A DNA stretch of 64,000 nt from the IMG/VR virus record IMGVR_UViG_3300029989_000006, one strand, 5' to 3'. This document shows, one piece after another, positions 41,132 to 52,216 of the stretch. A program made the position numbers and the translations under genes. Under the pieces are notes generated by a model. That model was not told the origin of the DNA, made no database searches, and saw only the letters and a program-made list of their open reading frames with translations. The DNA is from a virus. Positions within the stretch are counted from its first letter, which is position 1. Each line of letters begins with the position of its first letter.

Positions 41132-41187
41132 TGCGAGGTAGCTCAGTGGTAGAGCGATTGTCGGGCGTTCGATTCGTTCCCTCGCTA
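41132..41187 (+). ncRNA. anticodon-less tRNA-like RNA
   Basis: TGCGAGG/CCTCGCT; canonical D-arm TAGCTCAGTGGTAGAGC joined by 7 nt to the T-arm. Confidence 0.65.
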
Positions 41188-41549
41188 CAAATTTAAAAAA
41201 ATGAAAAGTATTATAAAAGAAATTTTAAGAATAGAAAAACAATTATCTGATACTTCTTTAAAATTAAGTAATAATAATTTTCTTTTAAAAGCTTCAAAAG
41301 ATGCAGTTGAAAAAGAGAAACAGAAACAGTCAGATTTTAAAGCAAGTTTAATATTATTAACTGGACAATGGGATAATCAATATAAGATTTTATTAAACTA
41401 TTTTAAGACCAGGGAAAGAATAAGTTGGCATATTCAATATTTGAGAGAATGTATCACTGAATTGGAGCTTTATGAATCAGATTGGTTTGATTATGTTTAT
41501 AAAGAAAATATTGAATTAGAAGAATTAGAGCAATTATATAAAAAAATTA

Positions 41550-41933
41550 ATGGGACAATTACAAAACAGAATTGAAAAGGATTTGCATAATTCTATTTTA
41601 AATAGAAATGATGCTAAAAAAGATATTTTAAGAGTTATTTACTCTGATATGAATAAAATTGGAAGAGATGTTACTGATGAACAAGTTATTAAAATTATCA
41701 AGAAACAGATTGAAGATTCTAGAGCTTGTCATACAGAAGAAGAAATTCCTTTAATAGAGGTTTATCTTCCAGCCGAAATGTCAGATGTTGAGATGAAGAT
41801 GAACTTAACAATTATGTTATCTGAACAATGTATTTCTAAAACTGATATACCTAATGCAATGAAGGCTGCAAAGACTTTTTTAGGTTCTGATTTTGATGGA
41901 AAAAGAGTTTCAGCAATTTTAAAAACATTATAA
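41550..41933 (+). CDS. GatB/YqeY-like protein
   Basis: ILRVI...DEQVIKIIKKQI...EEEIPLIEVYLP..MSD..M...DGKRVS. Confidence 0.75.
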   Translation: MGQLQNRIEKDLHNSILNRNDAKKDILRVIYSDMNKIGRDVTDEQVIKIIKKQIEDSRACHTEEEIPLIEVYLPAEMSDVEMKMNLTIMLSEQCISKTDIPNAMKAAKTFLGSDFDGKRVSAILKTL

Positions 41934-42283
41934 TGAAATGGGGATATAAAGTTATTATTGAAGACATGTCTATTTATCAATTAATTGAAATATTAAATAT
42001 AAATGGAAAACTTGGCTGGGAATTAGTTAATAATGTAGTAACTGATTCCTCAATGTTTAGTAAAACTTATGTATTAATTTTCAAGAAAGTTCTTTAAAAC
42101 ATTAATATTATACCTATATGTATGCAACTGATGGGTGAAGACATTGCAGTAGATGGATTACGGATATCCTGCGACTCTGTTTAGCAACAGAGGATAATTG
42201 TGAGTAACTTATTCCGCCATCGTCTAATAAAACAATAATATTAATTAAAAACTTATCAGCGTATACACTGGTAAGTTTAATAT

Positions 42284-42359
42284 AGTCTCAGGGCCTGCTA
42301 GGGTGGGCGATAGCTTGTCACGCTATTCAATCAGGAGGGTTCGAATCCCTTTGGGACTG
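42284..42359 (+). tRNA. tRNA-Asp(GTC)
   Basis: ATAGC-TTGTCAC-GCTAT, G73. Confidence 0.75.
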
Positions 42360-42376
42360 CAAAAAGATAATAAAAT

Positions 42377-42450
42377 GCTCTCATGGTGTAACTGCATAAC
42401 ATAACTCACTTCTAATGAATTGACTGGGGGTTGGAATCCCTCTGGGGGTA
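42377..42450 (+). tRNA. tRNA-Arg(TCT)
   Basis: TCA-CTTCTAA-TGA. Confidence 0.7.
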
Positions 42451-42636
42451 CTAAATTAAAAATATGAAACAAAAAATTGAAAAACTTTTAGAATCATTAA
42501 TACCTTTAGGTATTGGTTTAATTTCTAGTAGTTTATGGTGGACACATAATGATAATTGGAAGACTTATTTACCAATTGTATTATTACTAATGGCAATACA
42601 AAGATTATTTGATAAATATAATAAATATAATAAATA

Positions 42637-42918
42637 ATGGGAGAATTAACATTTATAAATTCGAACTCTGATAAAAATAATCCAACATTACTTGGTTTAC
42701 ACCATGTTCTTGGATTTGGTAAATATAGAAACAAAAGAATAGATACTATTATAGAAATAGACCCAGGATACCTTCTTTGGTTAGTTGACAGTGAATGTTA
42801 TAAGTTTTATAATGACGAAGTTTATAAAAAAGTTAGCAGAGTAGCTAGTAAGAAAAGTTCAGAGAAGTATAAAGCAACTTATTATCCTTGGAGTAAAGGA
42901 AGAACTAAATTATATTAA
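42637..42918 (+). CDS. DUF3820/ExoX C-terminal-like protein
   Basis: LGFGKYRNKRIDTIIEIDPGYLLWL. Confidence 0.65.
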   Translation: MGELTFINSNSDKNNPTLLGLHHVLGFGKYRNKRIDTIIEIDPGYLLWLVDSECYKFYNDEVYKKVSRVASKKSSEKYKATYYPWSKGRTKLY

Positions 42919-42929
42919 TAGATATAAAT

Positions 42930-43005
42930 CGAGATGTTGGGGAGTCCGGTACCCCGCTTGCTTTGGGAGCAAGAGAACTCGCAGGTTCGAATCCTGCCAT
43001 CCCGA
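42930..43005 (+). tRNA. tRNA-Pro(TGG)
   Basis: CTTGC-TTTGGGA-GCAAG. Confidence 0.85.
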
Positions 43006-43269
43006 CGTGATACTACGTAAAGCCTCTTCTAAAGAATGTAACGTAGTTATAGCAAAAGCCTTTCGGGTTAAAGGTATAAGCACCACCAGTTCCTTTCTAA
43101 AAGGAAAAAAACTTTAGGTGACGTACTAGGATAAGGCTGCCTAGTAAAATATAAGTAAACTAAAATTCTAAATGATAAGTAATTTTTAATAAAGTCTTTT
43201 GAAGATTAAAAATGATGATCCACGATGCGGCCAGAGAAAAGACCTTGGGGTTATTTAGTTACTTAATTT

Positions 43270-43304
43270 ATAAGGACATCGAAAGGTGTCCTTATTTTAT
43301 TTTT
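43270..43304 (+). terminator. intrinsic terminator ending the tRNA region
   Basis: ATAAGGACATC-GAAA-GGTGTCCTTAT then T-rich tract. Confidence 0.75.
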
Positions 43305-46056
43305 AACAAATTGTAAATTAAATACTTATGAGATATGAAATAGACAAAACAAAAAAAGAGATAACTCTTTTAGAACCAACACTTTTAAAGGATTTGTTTG
43401 AAGAATTGGGAGGATTAGATCTATCAGAAGAGTGGATAATAAAAGGAAAAACTGATTTTAATATTGCTCCTCTTTATCCAATATATCCTACTTTTCCTCA
43501 GTTTCCCCAACCAGTTATTCCACAACAACCTGTTTACCCTTGGTGGGATCAACCTTATTACACTGTTAATTGCACAGTAAAGCAATAATTATTATTAATC
43601 TTAAAGTCACTTACAAAATGAGCGCAGAAAAAGTTACATCGAAAGACAAAGCAAAGGAAAAACGTTATCCCCCAGTGGATACAGCAAATGATTCCCAAAT
43701 GGTTAGTGAAGGATTACGTCCTCCATTATTTATCCAGGATCCGGAATGGCATAGACAGACTGGCCCAGAAAGAATTGCCTTAGGAAGGATGAAAAAGATT
43801 AAGGGTTTAAGGCCCTCAGCTCCTCCTACTTTTAGAAGGATTACTCCTCATCGGATTACTGTTCACTTGAAAAATTTGAAACAGCAACCAGATTTCAAAA
43901 CTACTTATTCTGATACTATATATCAGGATGAAATTGGTAGTTATTTAGATCTGTTCTTTTCACATATGAAAGAAGAGATCAAGGTTGTTTACTTTAATGG
44001 TAAGAAGATCCGTGAAAATTAAACCAAATAAACTAATAACTAAATACAAGGTATTAGTTTTTAGTAATAAGAAAAGAGAATTAAATTCTCGCACACAACA
44101 TGTTAAGGATACAGTTAGATTTGTAAAAACTAATCTAAATGTAAGTTCTTCAATAATGTTTGATAAACATGCCGACAAATGTTTATTTCGTAATCTTATA
44201 GATGATATAGAATTTACTCTAGAAGATAACAGATTAATTGCTGTCGGTAAAGTTCCAATTGATGTACCTATCTCAATTTCTGTAAAACAGGAAATACTAC
44301 GTCATGTTAATAGAGTTCTTAAATCTAGAGAGTTACAATTTAAGAATAAATACGAAACTCAAGTTTCAAAATTAATTAATAATTTAAATGATACAGTGGA
44401 TCAATCAACTTCGGTGTTGGTGGAGTAAACAGTTTTTTGATATTCATAAATCAATGGATGATATAAAAGGAATTCCTGATCATTTTAATGAATATAAATG
44501 TCAAAGATGTGGTAAAATTTTTAAGTTATGACTTATAAAATAGGTAATAAATTTAAAATTATTGATAAGGATGTAAAAGAAGAAGTTTATATTTTATGTA
44601 AACCCAATAGATTTGAATTATGTCTTATTAATATTGAAACTGGACTGCGATGGGATGCCTCCGTTGGATATGAAGATAGTCAGTTTCTTATTCCGGAAAA
44701 TATAATAGAAATGTTATTTAATTTTCAAAATAAAGAAAAATGGAAAGAAGTTTTTACTTTAATACAATAATAAAATGAAAGAATTGTTAAAATTAGAAGA
44801 TGTGGGATCAAAAGTCCTTGTGGAGTATTATCGGGAAAAAGAAAAACATGTTCCTGTTTTGATACAAATTGAAGATGATGTTTATGAAAGAAATTCCATA
44901 GTGATTAAAGGTAAACCAATTGGAGTTGTTATTGCAATTGCTCCAGGTGTTATTGGTTGGTCATTATGTAATAATGATGATGTATTTTCAAAAGAAAAAG
45001 CAATTGACTTAGCATTAAGTCGTGCTTTTCTTGCAGAAAATATGAACCATGAAGTTCGTAATAAGTTTTATGCAAAAATACCGAGATCTTTAGATAAACT
45101 GTTTGCAAAAATGGATGAAAGATCTCAATTATACTTTAATGATGATACTGATTAAGGATCATGATTTTGAAATGGAGCAGGTAAAATCTGCTCCATTTTT
45201 TGATTTAAGCATATTGTCTCCAGTAAATGAGGGGAAGGAAAATGAAAGATATGAAATGAAATTAGTTGGATATGGAATGACTTTTGAACATTGTATGAAG
45301 ACTATGGTTATTCATCGTCTCTCACAATTAGAAGAAGTTTTTACTGTTTCAGAATATGTTCAAAGATATGCTGAAGAGGTTAAGAAATTTGCATCAAATA
45401 TGAAAATTACTTCTATTCAGAAAGCAACTGTAAAGGAGGAAAATGATGGAGATAATTGAGAAAGATTTTAAAATTACACATAATGGATATTGTTTTGTTC
45501 TTCATTTATTAAAATCTAAAAAAGAATTAAAAGAATCCCAAGAATCTCCTGAGTTGAAAGATTTAGAAGATAAAGAAGAGAAAGAAGATAAGTTTAAAAT
45601 TGGTGGGTATTATAGTTTTATAGATCATGCTTTTAGTGGTGCAAATGATTTTAGAAATGGGAAAAAATATCCTTTTTCTGAGTCAAAAACTGAGTTAAAA
45701 ATCCAGATTCAGAAGTATAAATTAATTACTAATGAGTTTAATAGATATTTATCGGTAATGAATTTACCTATTACTTTATTAGCAAAAAAGGTGTTAAATG
45801 GAATACGGAATATTTAATATAGGAATAAAGGATGGAATTCTTATAGTTAAATGTAAAAAACATTCTGTAACTTTACAGGATGTTAAAGAAATTAGAGATC
45901 AAATGCAAGAATCTACTGGCTTAGTTTATGACTATGTTATCTGGGATTCTTTACTTGGTTATTACAATGGATATGATTTTAATTTAAAGAATTATATCTT
46001 TTGTGGAAGTTTAAATGAGTCTTATAATATTAACAAAGTTAAAGCTTATATTAAAA

Positions 46057-46617
46057 ATGATGACTAAAATATTTTTTGATACAGAATTTACAGGGTTAAA
46101 ACAAGATGCTGATCTTATTTCTATAGGTTTGGTATCTGAGTGTGGAAAAACATTCTATGCAGAGTTTACTGATTATAATTTTGTAAAATGTGATGATTGG
46201 ATTTTTGAAAATATTATTAAAAAATTAGTTTTTAATGATTATCCAAAATCTGGAATTATTATATCAAATGATCCCGCTGTATTTAGAATGAAGGCTAATT
46301 CTCTATCTATTAAAGAGCAATTAGAAAAATGGTTTTCTCAGTTTGATAAAGTAGAAATTTGGAGTGATTGTTTAGCATATGATTGGGTATTATTTTGTGG
46401 ATTATTTGGGCATGCTTTTAATATTCCTAAAAATATTTACTACATTCCATTTGATATTTGTACTTTATTTAAAATTAAAGGTATTGATCCTGATATAAAT
46501 AGAGAAGAATATGCTGATATGAATTCAGAAATATTAAAACATAATGCTTTATGGGATGCACAAGTGATTAAAAAATGTTATAATAAATTAATGTCTAATG
46601 AAATGGTTTGTGAGTGA
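46057..46617 (+). CDS. DEDDh 3'-5' exonuclease
   Basis: IFFDTEFTGL, AYDW, HNALWDA. Confidence 0.88.
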   Translation: MMTKIFFDTEFTGLKQDADLISIGLVSECGKTFYAEFTDYNFVKCDDWIFENIIKKLVFNDYPKSGIIISNDPAVFRMKANSLSIKEQLEKWFSQFDKVEIWSDCLAYDWVLFCGLFGHAFNIPKNIYYIPFDICTLFKIKGIDPDINREEYADMNSEILKHNALWDAQVIKKCYNKLMSNEMVCE

Positions 46618-47257
46618 TCCACATTACGGGCATGTAAATTTGTGTTCTGCTACATCAGTATGGCAAGACCAGGATAGATGTAGGAAATTTAAGTCACTTG
46701 AAACAATGAATGATTGGATTGTTAATAGAATTAATTCTGTTGTTAAACAAGATGATGAACTTTATTGTTTAGGTGATTGGTCTTTTGGAGGTATTGAAAA
46801 TATTTGGAATTTTAGGAACAGAATTATTTGTAGAACAGTTTATGAAATTTTAGGAAATCATGACGATCATATTAGAAATGATAGACAACTTCCTAATTGT
46901 AAATTTGATGATTGTTTTCCAGGTGAAGATTCTTTCTTTGACAATTTTAATTTAAATGCTCAAGAGATATTTACATCTGTTCAATCTTTATTAGAATTAG
47001 TTGTTGATAAACAACTAATAATTCTATTTCATCATCCAATAGATCATTGGAGAGATGCGGAAAAAGGATCTATTATGTTACATGGTCATTTGCACGGTAA
47101 ATTAAATAACTGTGAAACTAATCTGAAATATAGAAGAAAGGATGTTGGCATTGATTGTGGAGGTCCATTTTCTCTTGATGAGATTTTAGAAGAAATGAAT
47201 AAACGTGAAACTTATAAAAGATCAAATGATGAACTTATTAGTATTAACCAATCATGA
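46598..47257 (+). CDS. calcineurin-like metallophosphoesterase
   Basis: SDPHYGH, LGD, GNHD, HGHLH. Confidence 0.9.
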   Translation: MKWFVSDPHYGHVNLCSATSVWQDQDRCRKFKSLETMNDWIVNRINSVVKQDDELYCLGDWSFGGIENIWNFRNRIICRTVYEILGNHDDHIRNDRQLPNCKFDDCFPGEDSFFDNFNLNAQEIFTSVQSLLELVVDKQLIILFHHPIDHWRDAEKGSIMLHGHLHGKLNNCETNLKYRRKDVGIDCGGPFSLDEILEEMNKRETYKRSNDELISINQS

Positions 47258-47469
47258 TTTAAGAATGGGCTATAAAAATACTCCTGATTGTGATGTAGAA
47301 CTAAATCATATTCGTTATAATTGTACATCTCTTATTAAAGAAGCAGAAGTTGTCTTATTTGTTGGTAAAAAAAGAATAAAAGTTTTAAAAAATAATTTAG
47401 GACATCGTGATATAGTATTTCCATTTGGTTGGGAATCTAATGATATTATTGAGTTTTGTAAATTTAAAA

Positions 47470-47889
47470 ATGAGTAAAGATATTTCTATATACTGCGATG
47501 GTGCCTATTCTTCCTTACGTGATAAGGGAGGATGGGCATTTGTTGTTTTAGAAAATGGGATTAAGATTTATTCTAAATTTTATTTCAAAAATAATACAAC
47601 TAATAATAGAATGGAGATACAAAGTTGTATTGAGGCCTGTAGCTGGGCAATTCAACAATCCTATTCTGAAATTACAATCTATTCTGATTCTATGTACTTG
47701 ATAGGGACAATGACTAAAGGATGGAAAAAGAATAAGAATCATGATCTTTGGATTTTAATGGACCAGATAAGTAAGAAATTAAAAATTAACTTTGAACATG
47801 TTAAAGGTCATGCAGGAAACGTTTATAATGAATTATGTGATGCACTTGCAAATCAAGGAAGTCATTTAGAAATTGATGAAAATGGGTAA
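47470..47889 (+). CDS. rnhA: ribonuclease HI
   Basis: IYCDGA, TTNNRME, YSDS, HVKGHAGNVYNELCDALA. Confidence 0.92.
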   Translation: MSKDISIYCDGAYSSLRDKGGWAFVVLENGIKIYSKFYFKNNTTNNRMEIQSCIEACSWAIQQSYSEITIYSDSMYLIGTMTKGWKKNKNHDLWILMDQISKKLKINFEHVKGHAGNVYNELCDALANQGSHLEIDENG

Positions 47890-48134
47890 ATTAGGACAAG
47901 GGCCTGCATATCCTATACAAACTAGGATTTATAAAGGTGGTCAAACAGAATTAGGAGAAATTGATGACACTTATTATGGTATGTCTATTCGATTACAATT
48001 AGCAGGAATGGCAATGCAAGGAATACTGTCTAATCCAAATACTGTATGTGATACTGAAGAAGAATTAGATGAACTTTTTAATGCCTTTGCTATACTTTCT
48101 TTTAAAGCAGCGGATTTATTATTAAAAAAAGAAT

Positions 48135-48527
48135 TTGATGAATAAATTAAGATGTTATTATGCACATACAATGTTGTCTTATGGTTCAACTATTGAAGCA
48201 CAAGATGTTGCATTGTTAGAATTTTTAGGGTTTGAGGTTGTTAATCCAAATAGCCAAGAAATTGAAGCTGGCGTTCAAACATATATTTTAGAACGTGGTA
48301 AAGAAAACTGCATGGATTTTTTTAAAGAAATCATAGATTATTGTGATTTGATTGCGTTTAGAGGTATGCCTAATGGAGAAATCTTAAGCGGTGTAGCTTT
48401 TGAAGTTAATTACGCTCAAAGTATTGGGCGACCAGTAATTGAGTTACCTTGTAATGTTAAGAGGCGTAGTTTAGACTATTTAGCTACAAAACAAATATTA
48501 ATAGAATTGGGACATTATAAAGTATGA
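48135..48527 (+). CDS. nucleoside 2-deoxyribosyltransferase-like protein
   Basis: YYAH...FEVVNP...CDLIAF...SGVAFEVNYA..GRPV. Confidence 0.65.
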   Translation: MMNKLRCYYAHTMLSYGSTIEAQDVALLEFLGFEVVNPNSQEIEAGVQTYILERGKENCMDFFKEIIDYCDLIAFRGMPNGEILSGVAFEVNYAQSIGRPVIELPCNVKRRSLDYLATKQILIELGHYKV

Positions 48528-48792
48528 CGGGAATAGAATTAATTGCACAAGAAAGGCATGAACAAATCTATAAACATGGATGGCCATTAGAAAAATATTT
48601 GGAAGGTGAATTGATTAAAGGTGCATTATTTGCCATTAATCCAGATGTATTTGAATGGCCTTATTATTGGTTAGAACATTATAGAGATAAGATTATCAAT
48701 AAACCAAACCGAATTGAAAGATTGAAAATAGCTGGAGCATTTATTGCTGCAGAAATTGATAGGATTCAATACGAAGAATCAAATAATGAAAT

Positions 48793-49374
48793 ATGATACA
48801 AAGAACAGTAGTAGAGAATAGTTCCAAGAATATGGTCATTATGGATGTATTTTCCAAATTGGCACAAGAGAGAATCATCTTTATTGATGATGTAATTACT
48901 GAAGAATTAGCTAATGGAGTAATTGCTCAGATGTTATATCTAGATTCAGTTGATTCTAAAAAATTTATTAATATTTATATTAATAGTCCAGGTGGAACAA
49001 TATTAGATGGATTAGCAATTTATGATGTTTCAAAGATTATTAAATCTCCTATAAGAACTACCTGTATAGGTGGTGCAGAAAGTATGGGAGCTATTTTAAT
49101 GTTGATGGGACAGGAGAGGATTGGATTACCTCATTGTAGATTAATGTTACATGAAGCTTCTGGATATATTATAGGTAAAACTGCTTCAGTTAAAATTGAT
49201 TTTGAATTACAATTATCTCTTCAGAAGGATATTTTTGACATTGTAAAAGAGCATACTACAATAACTAATATTGATGAGGTTTTGAAATTTGATAAATGGT
49301 TTAATGCAAAGGAAGCTTTGGAATGTGGACTTTTAACAAAGATTGCATCCTATGTCGAAAAAGATAACGGATAA
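48793..49374 (+). CDS. clpP: ClpP protease subunit
   Basis: YINSPGG, AESMG (Ser), MLHE (His), DKWFNAKEA (Asp). Confidence 0.92.
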   Translation: MIQRTVVENSSKNMVIMDVFSKLAQERIIFIDDVITEELANGVIAQMLYLDSVDSKKFINIYINSPGGTILDGLAIYDVSKIIKSPIRTTCIGGAESMGAILMLMGQERIGLPHCRLMLHEASGYIIGKTASVKIDFELQLSLQKDIFDIVKEHTTITNIDEVLKFDKWFNAKEALECGLLTKIASYVEKDNG

Positions 49375-49652
49375 TCCTATTGTTTATATTAAAAACAAAA
49401 GGACTGTATTTATTGAAGATACATTTATCTATGAAGTAACCATATGTGCATATTTTCCTAATTATTTTTCAGTAGTTAATACAACATATTTTTCCTGTAA
49501 ACATGAGATCCCATTTATTGTGGAATCATTTTGGAAAAATCCACATACTGAAATTTGTTGTGAATTATATGCAGCACCATTAAATTGGTTATTAGATAAC
49601 GGGTTTACTGTTTATATTAAACCTGAGAAGAAACGAATAACAAAAAAGAATA

Positions 49653-50162
49653 ATGACGAATCGAAAACTATCATTACTTAGTACTGAGTTAAAGGATTTG
49701 TTAGTTAAACAAATAGCACATGAATTAAAGAATCATAATCTATATTTAAGTATAGCAAACTTCTTTAGTGTTGAGGCTATTTCAGATCTGCAGACATATT
49801 ATGAGAAAAGAGCGCATGAAGAATGGAATCATCATAAATGGATTATGGACTATCTTTCTGATGCTGATGTAAAATTTGTTTACCCAGCTGTGGAAATAAA
49901 TACTGAGACATTTGATTCAAGTTACACTGCTCCTTTTACTGCGACAGTTGATAGAGAAATTCAAACAACTCAATTGATTTATGCAATTTATGAACAAGCT
50001 GTATCTGAAAAAGATTTTATGACTGCTAGTTGGTTATACGATAAATTAATCAAAGAACAGATTGAGGAAGAAAATGTTTCCCGTATGGCAAGAACTATTA
50101 TGGAGGAGCCAGGAGATATATTTATAAAAGCAGAACAAGTACTTGATTTATTAGAAAACTAA
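49653..50162 (+). CDS. ferritin
   Basis: QIAHEL..Y, AHEEWNH, DRE, EQIEEE ferroxidase ligands. Confidence 0.88.
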   Translation: MTNRKLSLLSTELKDLLVKQIAHELKNHNLYLSIANFFSVEAISDLQTYYEKRAHEEWNHHKWIMDYLSDADVKFVYPAVEINTETFDSSYTAPFTATVDREIQTTQLIYAIYEQAVSEKDFMTASWLYDKLIKEQIEEENVSRMARTIMEEPGDIFIKAEQVLDLLEN

Positions 50163-50643
50163 TGTATTTAATTAAAACTCCAGAAGGAGAACTTGATGAC
50201 GTTGTTCCTTTTACTTTAGAAGAAGTAACTGCTTTTGAAAAATCCCATCCCGGATGGACAGTTGAGGAATTTGATGAAGAGGATTTTATAGATGAGAATA
50301 TGTTAACAGATGAATATGGAAGTGCTGATGCCCTCCCATGGTAGAACGAATAGAAGAAGTACAATTAGTAGCATGTAGGGAATCTAATTACACAATGTAT
50401 GTTTTTAAAAAAATAAATTCATCAGAATTTATAATGTGTACTAGATTACCTAATTGGCAAGTTCCAGATATAAAAATGCTTGATGTAGGATTTTTACAAT
50501 ATCATATTGTAAAAGCTGGAGATGTATATTTTGATCCGAAACTTGAAACAACTACTAAATATAATTATTCTAATGTTTATTTTATAAATTTTATATTAAA
50601 AACAGAGGTTTTACAAACAAATAACGAAATAATATTATAAGAT

Positions 50644-51501
50644 ATGAATACTACATTACTTGAAAATAAATTATCAGAAGCTATTGAGCAGAAGAGAACA
50701 GATATAAACTCTTTCATTTGGAAGGGTAACAAAACATTAGATAGTGCTGGAAAATATAAACAGTCAGAGAAGAAATTAACTGCAATGACTGAATTTGAGA
50801 TTAATGAATGTTATAATCATTGTAAAACAATGTTGTTCAACAAAAGTATTCAAAATCCGGGAAGGTATCTCGTATTAGAATTAATTACTGAACAAAAAGA
50901 TCATTGTGGTGCAGAATTATTTCTTCGTTTTCTTGAAACAAATAACAAACTTAGTAGATTCAATTTAATTGGAGCTATTAATGATTTCCTTGCTGCAAAC
51001 AAAGAAGCGTTAAAAGGAAATAAAGTTAACATGAGTACTATCTTTAATGGGGTCCCCAATGAGTTTGAAAAAATTCCTTTAAGCTTAGTGATGGATGGTT
51101 GTTTAGATCGTTTAGGTGTGTTTAATAAGAAACACATAACAAGAACTTTTATTTTAAAACAGGGTATTTGGTTAACTCCTGCTGAATCTAAGGATTTAGT
51201 GGAGTATGATCAAGAAGGTAATTTAGTAGATCGTATTGAAGTTATTCGTGATAGACTTGGAATAAAAGAAATTGAGAGATTATATATCAATTCTAAAGGA
51301 TTGAATTTCACTCAAATGAGAGCTATGTTGAATATCAAACCTAATAAGAAATATAAAGATTTGACAACATCTCAATTAGAGACTCTTAGAAATAGGATAT
51401 TATTCAGTTTGGAAGAAACAGTTAAAAGCCATATTCAATCTTGGGAACAAAGAATGTTTGAAATTGAATTAGTGGCTGAGTATAAAGGGTTTAAGTTGTA
51501 A
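50644..51501 (+). CDS. conserved hypothetical protein
   Basis: 285 aa ORF in the replication region. Confidence 0.8.
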   Translation: MNTTLLENKLSEAIEQKRTDINSFIWKGNKTLDSAGKYKQSEKKLTAMTEFEINECYNHCKTMLFNKSIQNPGRYLVLELITEQKDHCGAELFLRFLETNNKLSRFNLIGAINDFLAANKEALKGNKVNMSTIFNGVPNEFEKIPLSLVMDGCLDRLGVFNKKHITRTFILKQGIWLTPAESKDLVEYDQEGNLVDRIEVIRDRLGIKEIERLYINSKGLNFTQMRAMLNIKPNKKYKDLTTSQLETLRNRILFSLEETVKSHIQSWEQRMFEIELVAEYKGFKL

Positions 51502-51505
51502 ATTA

Positions 51506-51853
51506 ATGAAACGATTTTTAATAAATTTATCTACTAATTGGTGCGGAGAAGATCAAGATTATTCTGCGTGGGCTGAGGATGAATTTGAGCTAGAAGCTCA
51601 TGCTAATCTAGATGTACATTCATATGATAATTTTGATAGCTTTGGTGGTTTTGAAGCAATGTTGGAAGAAATGTATGGAACATCAGATAGAGATGAATTA
51701 ACTGACGAACAAATTACTGAAGCAGAAAATAATGAGGGTAGTTATTACTCTTATACTATTGAGCCTTGGGATGAAGATCGTGATGAAGAAGAATGGAAAT
51801 GGTATGAGTTAATTTACGACGGAAGAGAAAAGAAAGAGGAAAATGCTATATAA
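51506..51853 (+). CDS. highly acidic protein
   Basis: Asp/Glu-rich 115 aa. Confidence 0.7.
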   Translation: MKRFLINLSTNWCGEDQDYSAWAEDEFELEAHANLDVHSYDNFDSFGGFEAMLEEMYGTSDRDELTDEQITEAENNEGSYYSYTIEPWDEDRDEEEWKWYELIYDGREKKEENAI

Positions 51854-52214
51854 TATTTATGCAGGATTAGGTGGTGGTTTTGGTAGCAACTTAGAAGAAG
51901 TTGAAAGTGAAGTAGATTTTGCTTGTGAATCAGATGCATGGGAAGCAGCTTGGGAAGCAGCTTGTGAGATATATGAAGGTTATATTGGAACAGATGATAG
52001 TATAAGATCTGTTGCTCAAATTATTGAGGATGATCTTAAAACTGATCCTGAGTATGCTGAAGCAACTGAAGAAGAACTTGAAAAAGTTGCAATAGAAATC
52101 TTTGAAGAAGAAAGAGAAGGTTGGCTTGAATATAATGTCGAGGAATGCCTTGAAGATGAAGATAATATGTGGGAAGATGATGTAGAAGAAGAGGAAGAAG
52201 AGGAGGATTTATAA
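51843..52214 (+). CDS. highly acidic protein
   Basis: Asp/Glu-rich 123 aa with poly-E tail. Confidence 0.7.
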   Translation: MLYNIYAGLGGGFGSNLEEVESEVDFACESDAWEAAWEAACEIYEGYIGTDDSIRSVAQIIEDDLKTDPEYAEATEEELEKVAIEIFEEEREGWLEYNVEECLEDEDNMWEDDVEEEEEEEDL

Positions 52215-52216
52215 TA

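Noticed and set aside
42152-42222. Possible tRNA around CTCTGTT-TAGC-AACAGAG
   Set aside because: No canonical anticodon or T loop could be assigned.
1-43300. Opal (UCA) or ochre suppressor tRNA explaining the in-frame stops
   Set aside because: None recognised; Trp has CCA, the TTTTCAA loop at 28609 is Glu(TTC), and CTTGAAA loops are Ser(TGA). One may lie outside the window.
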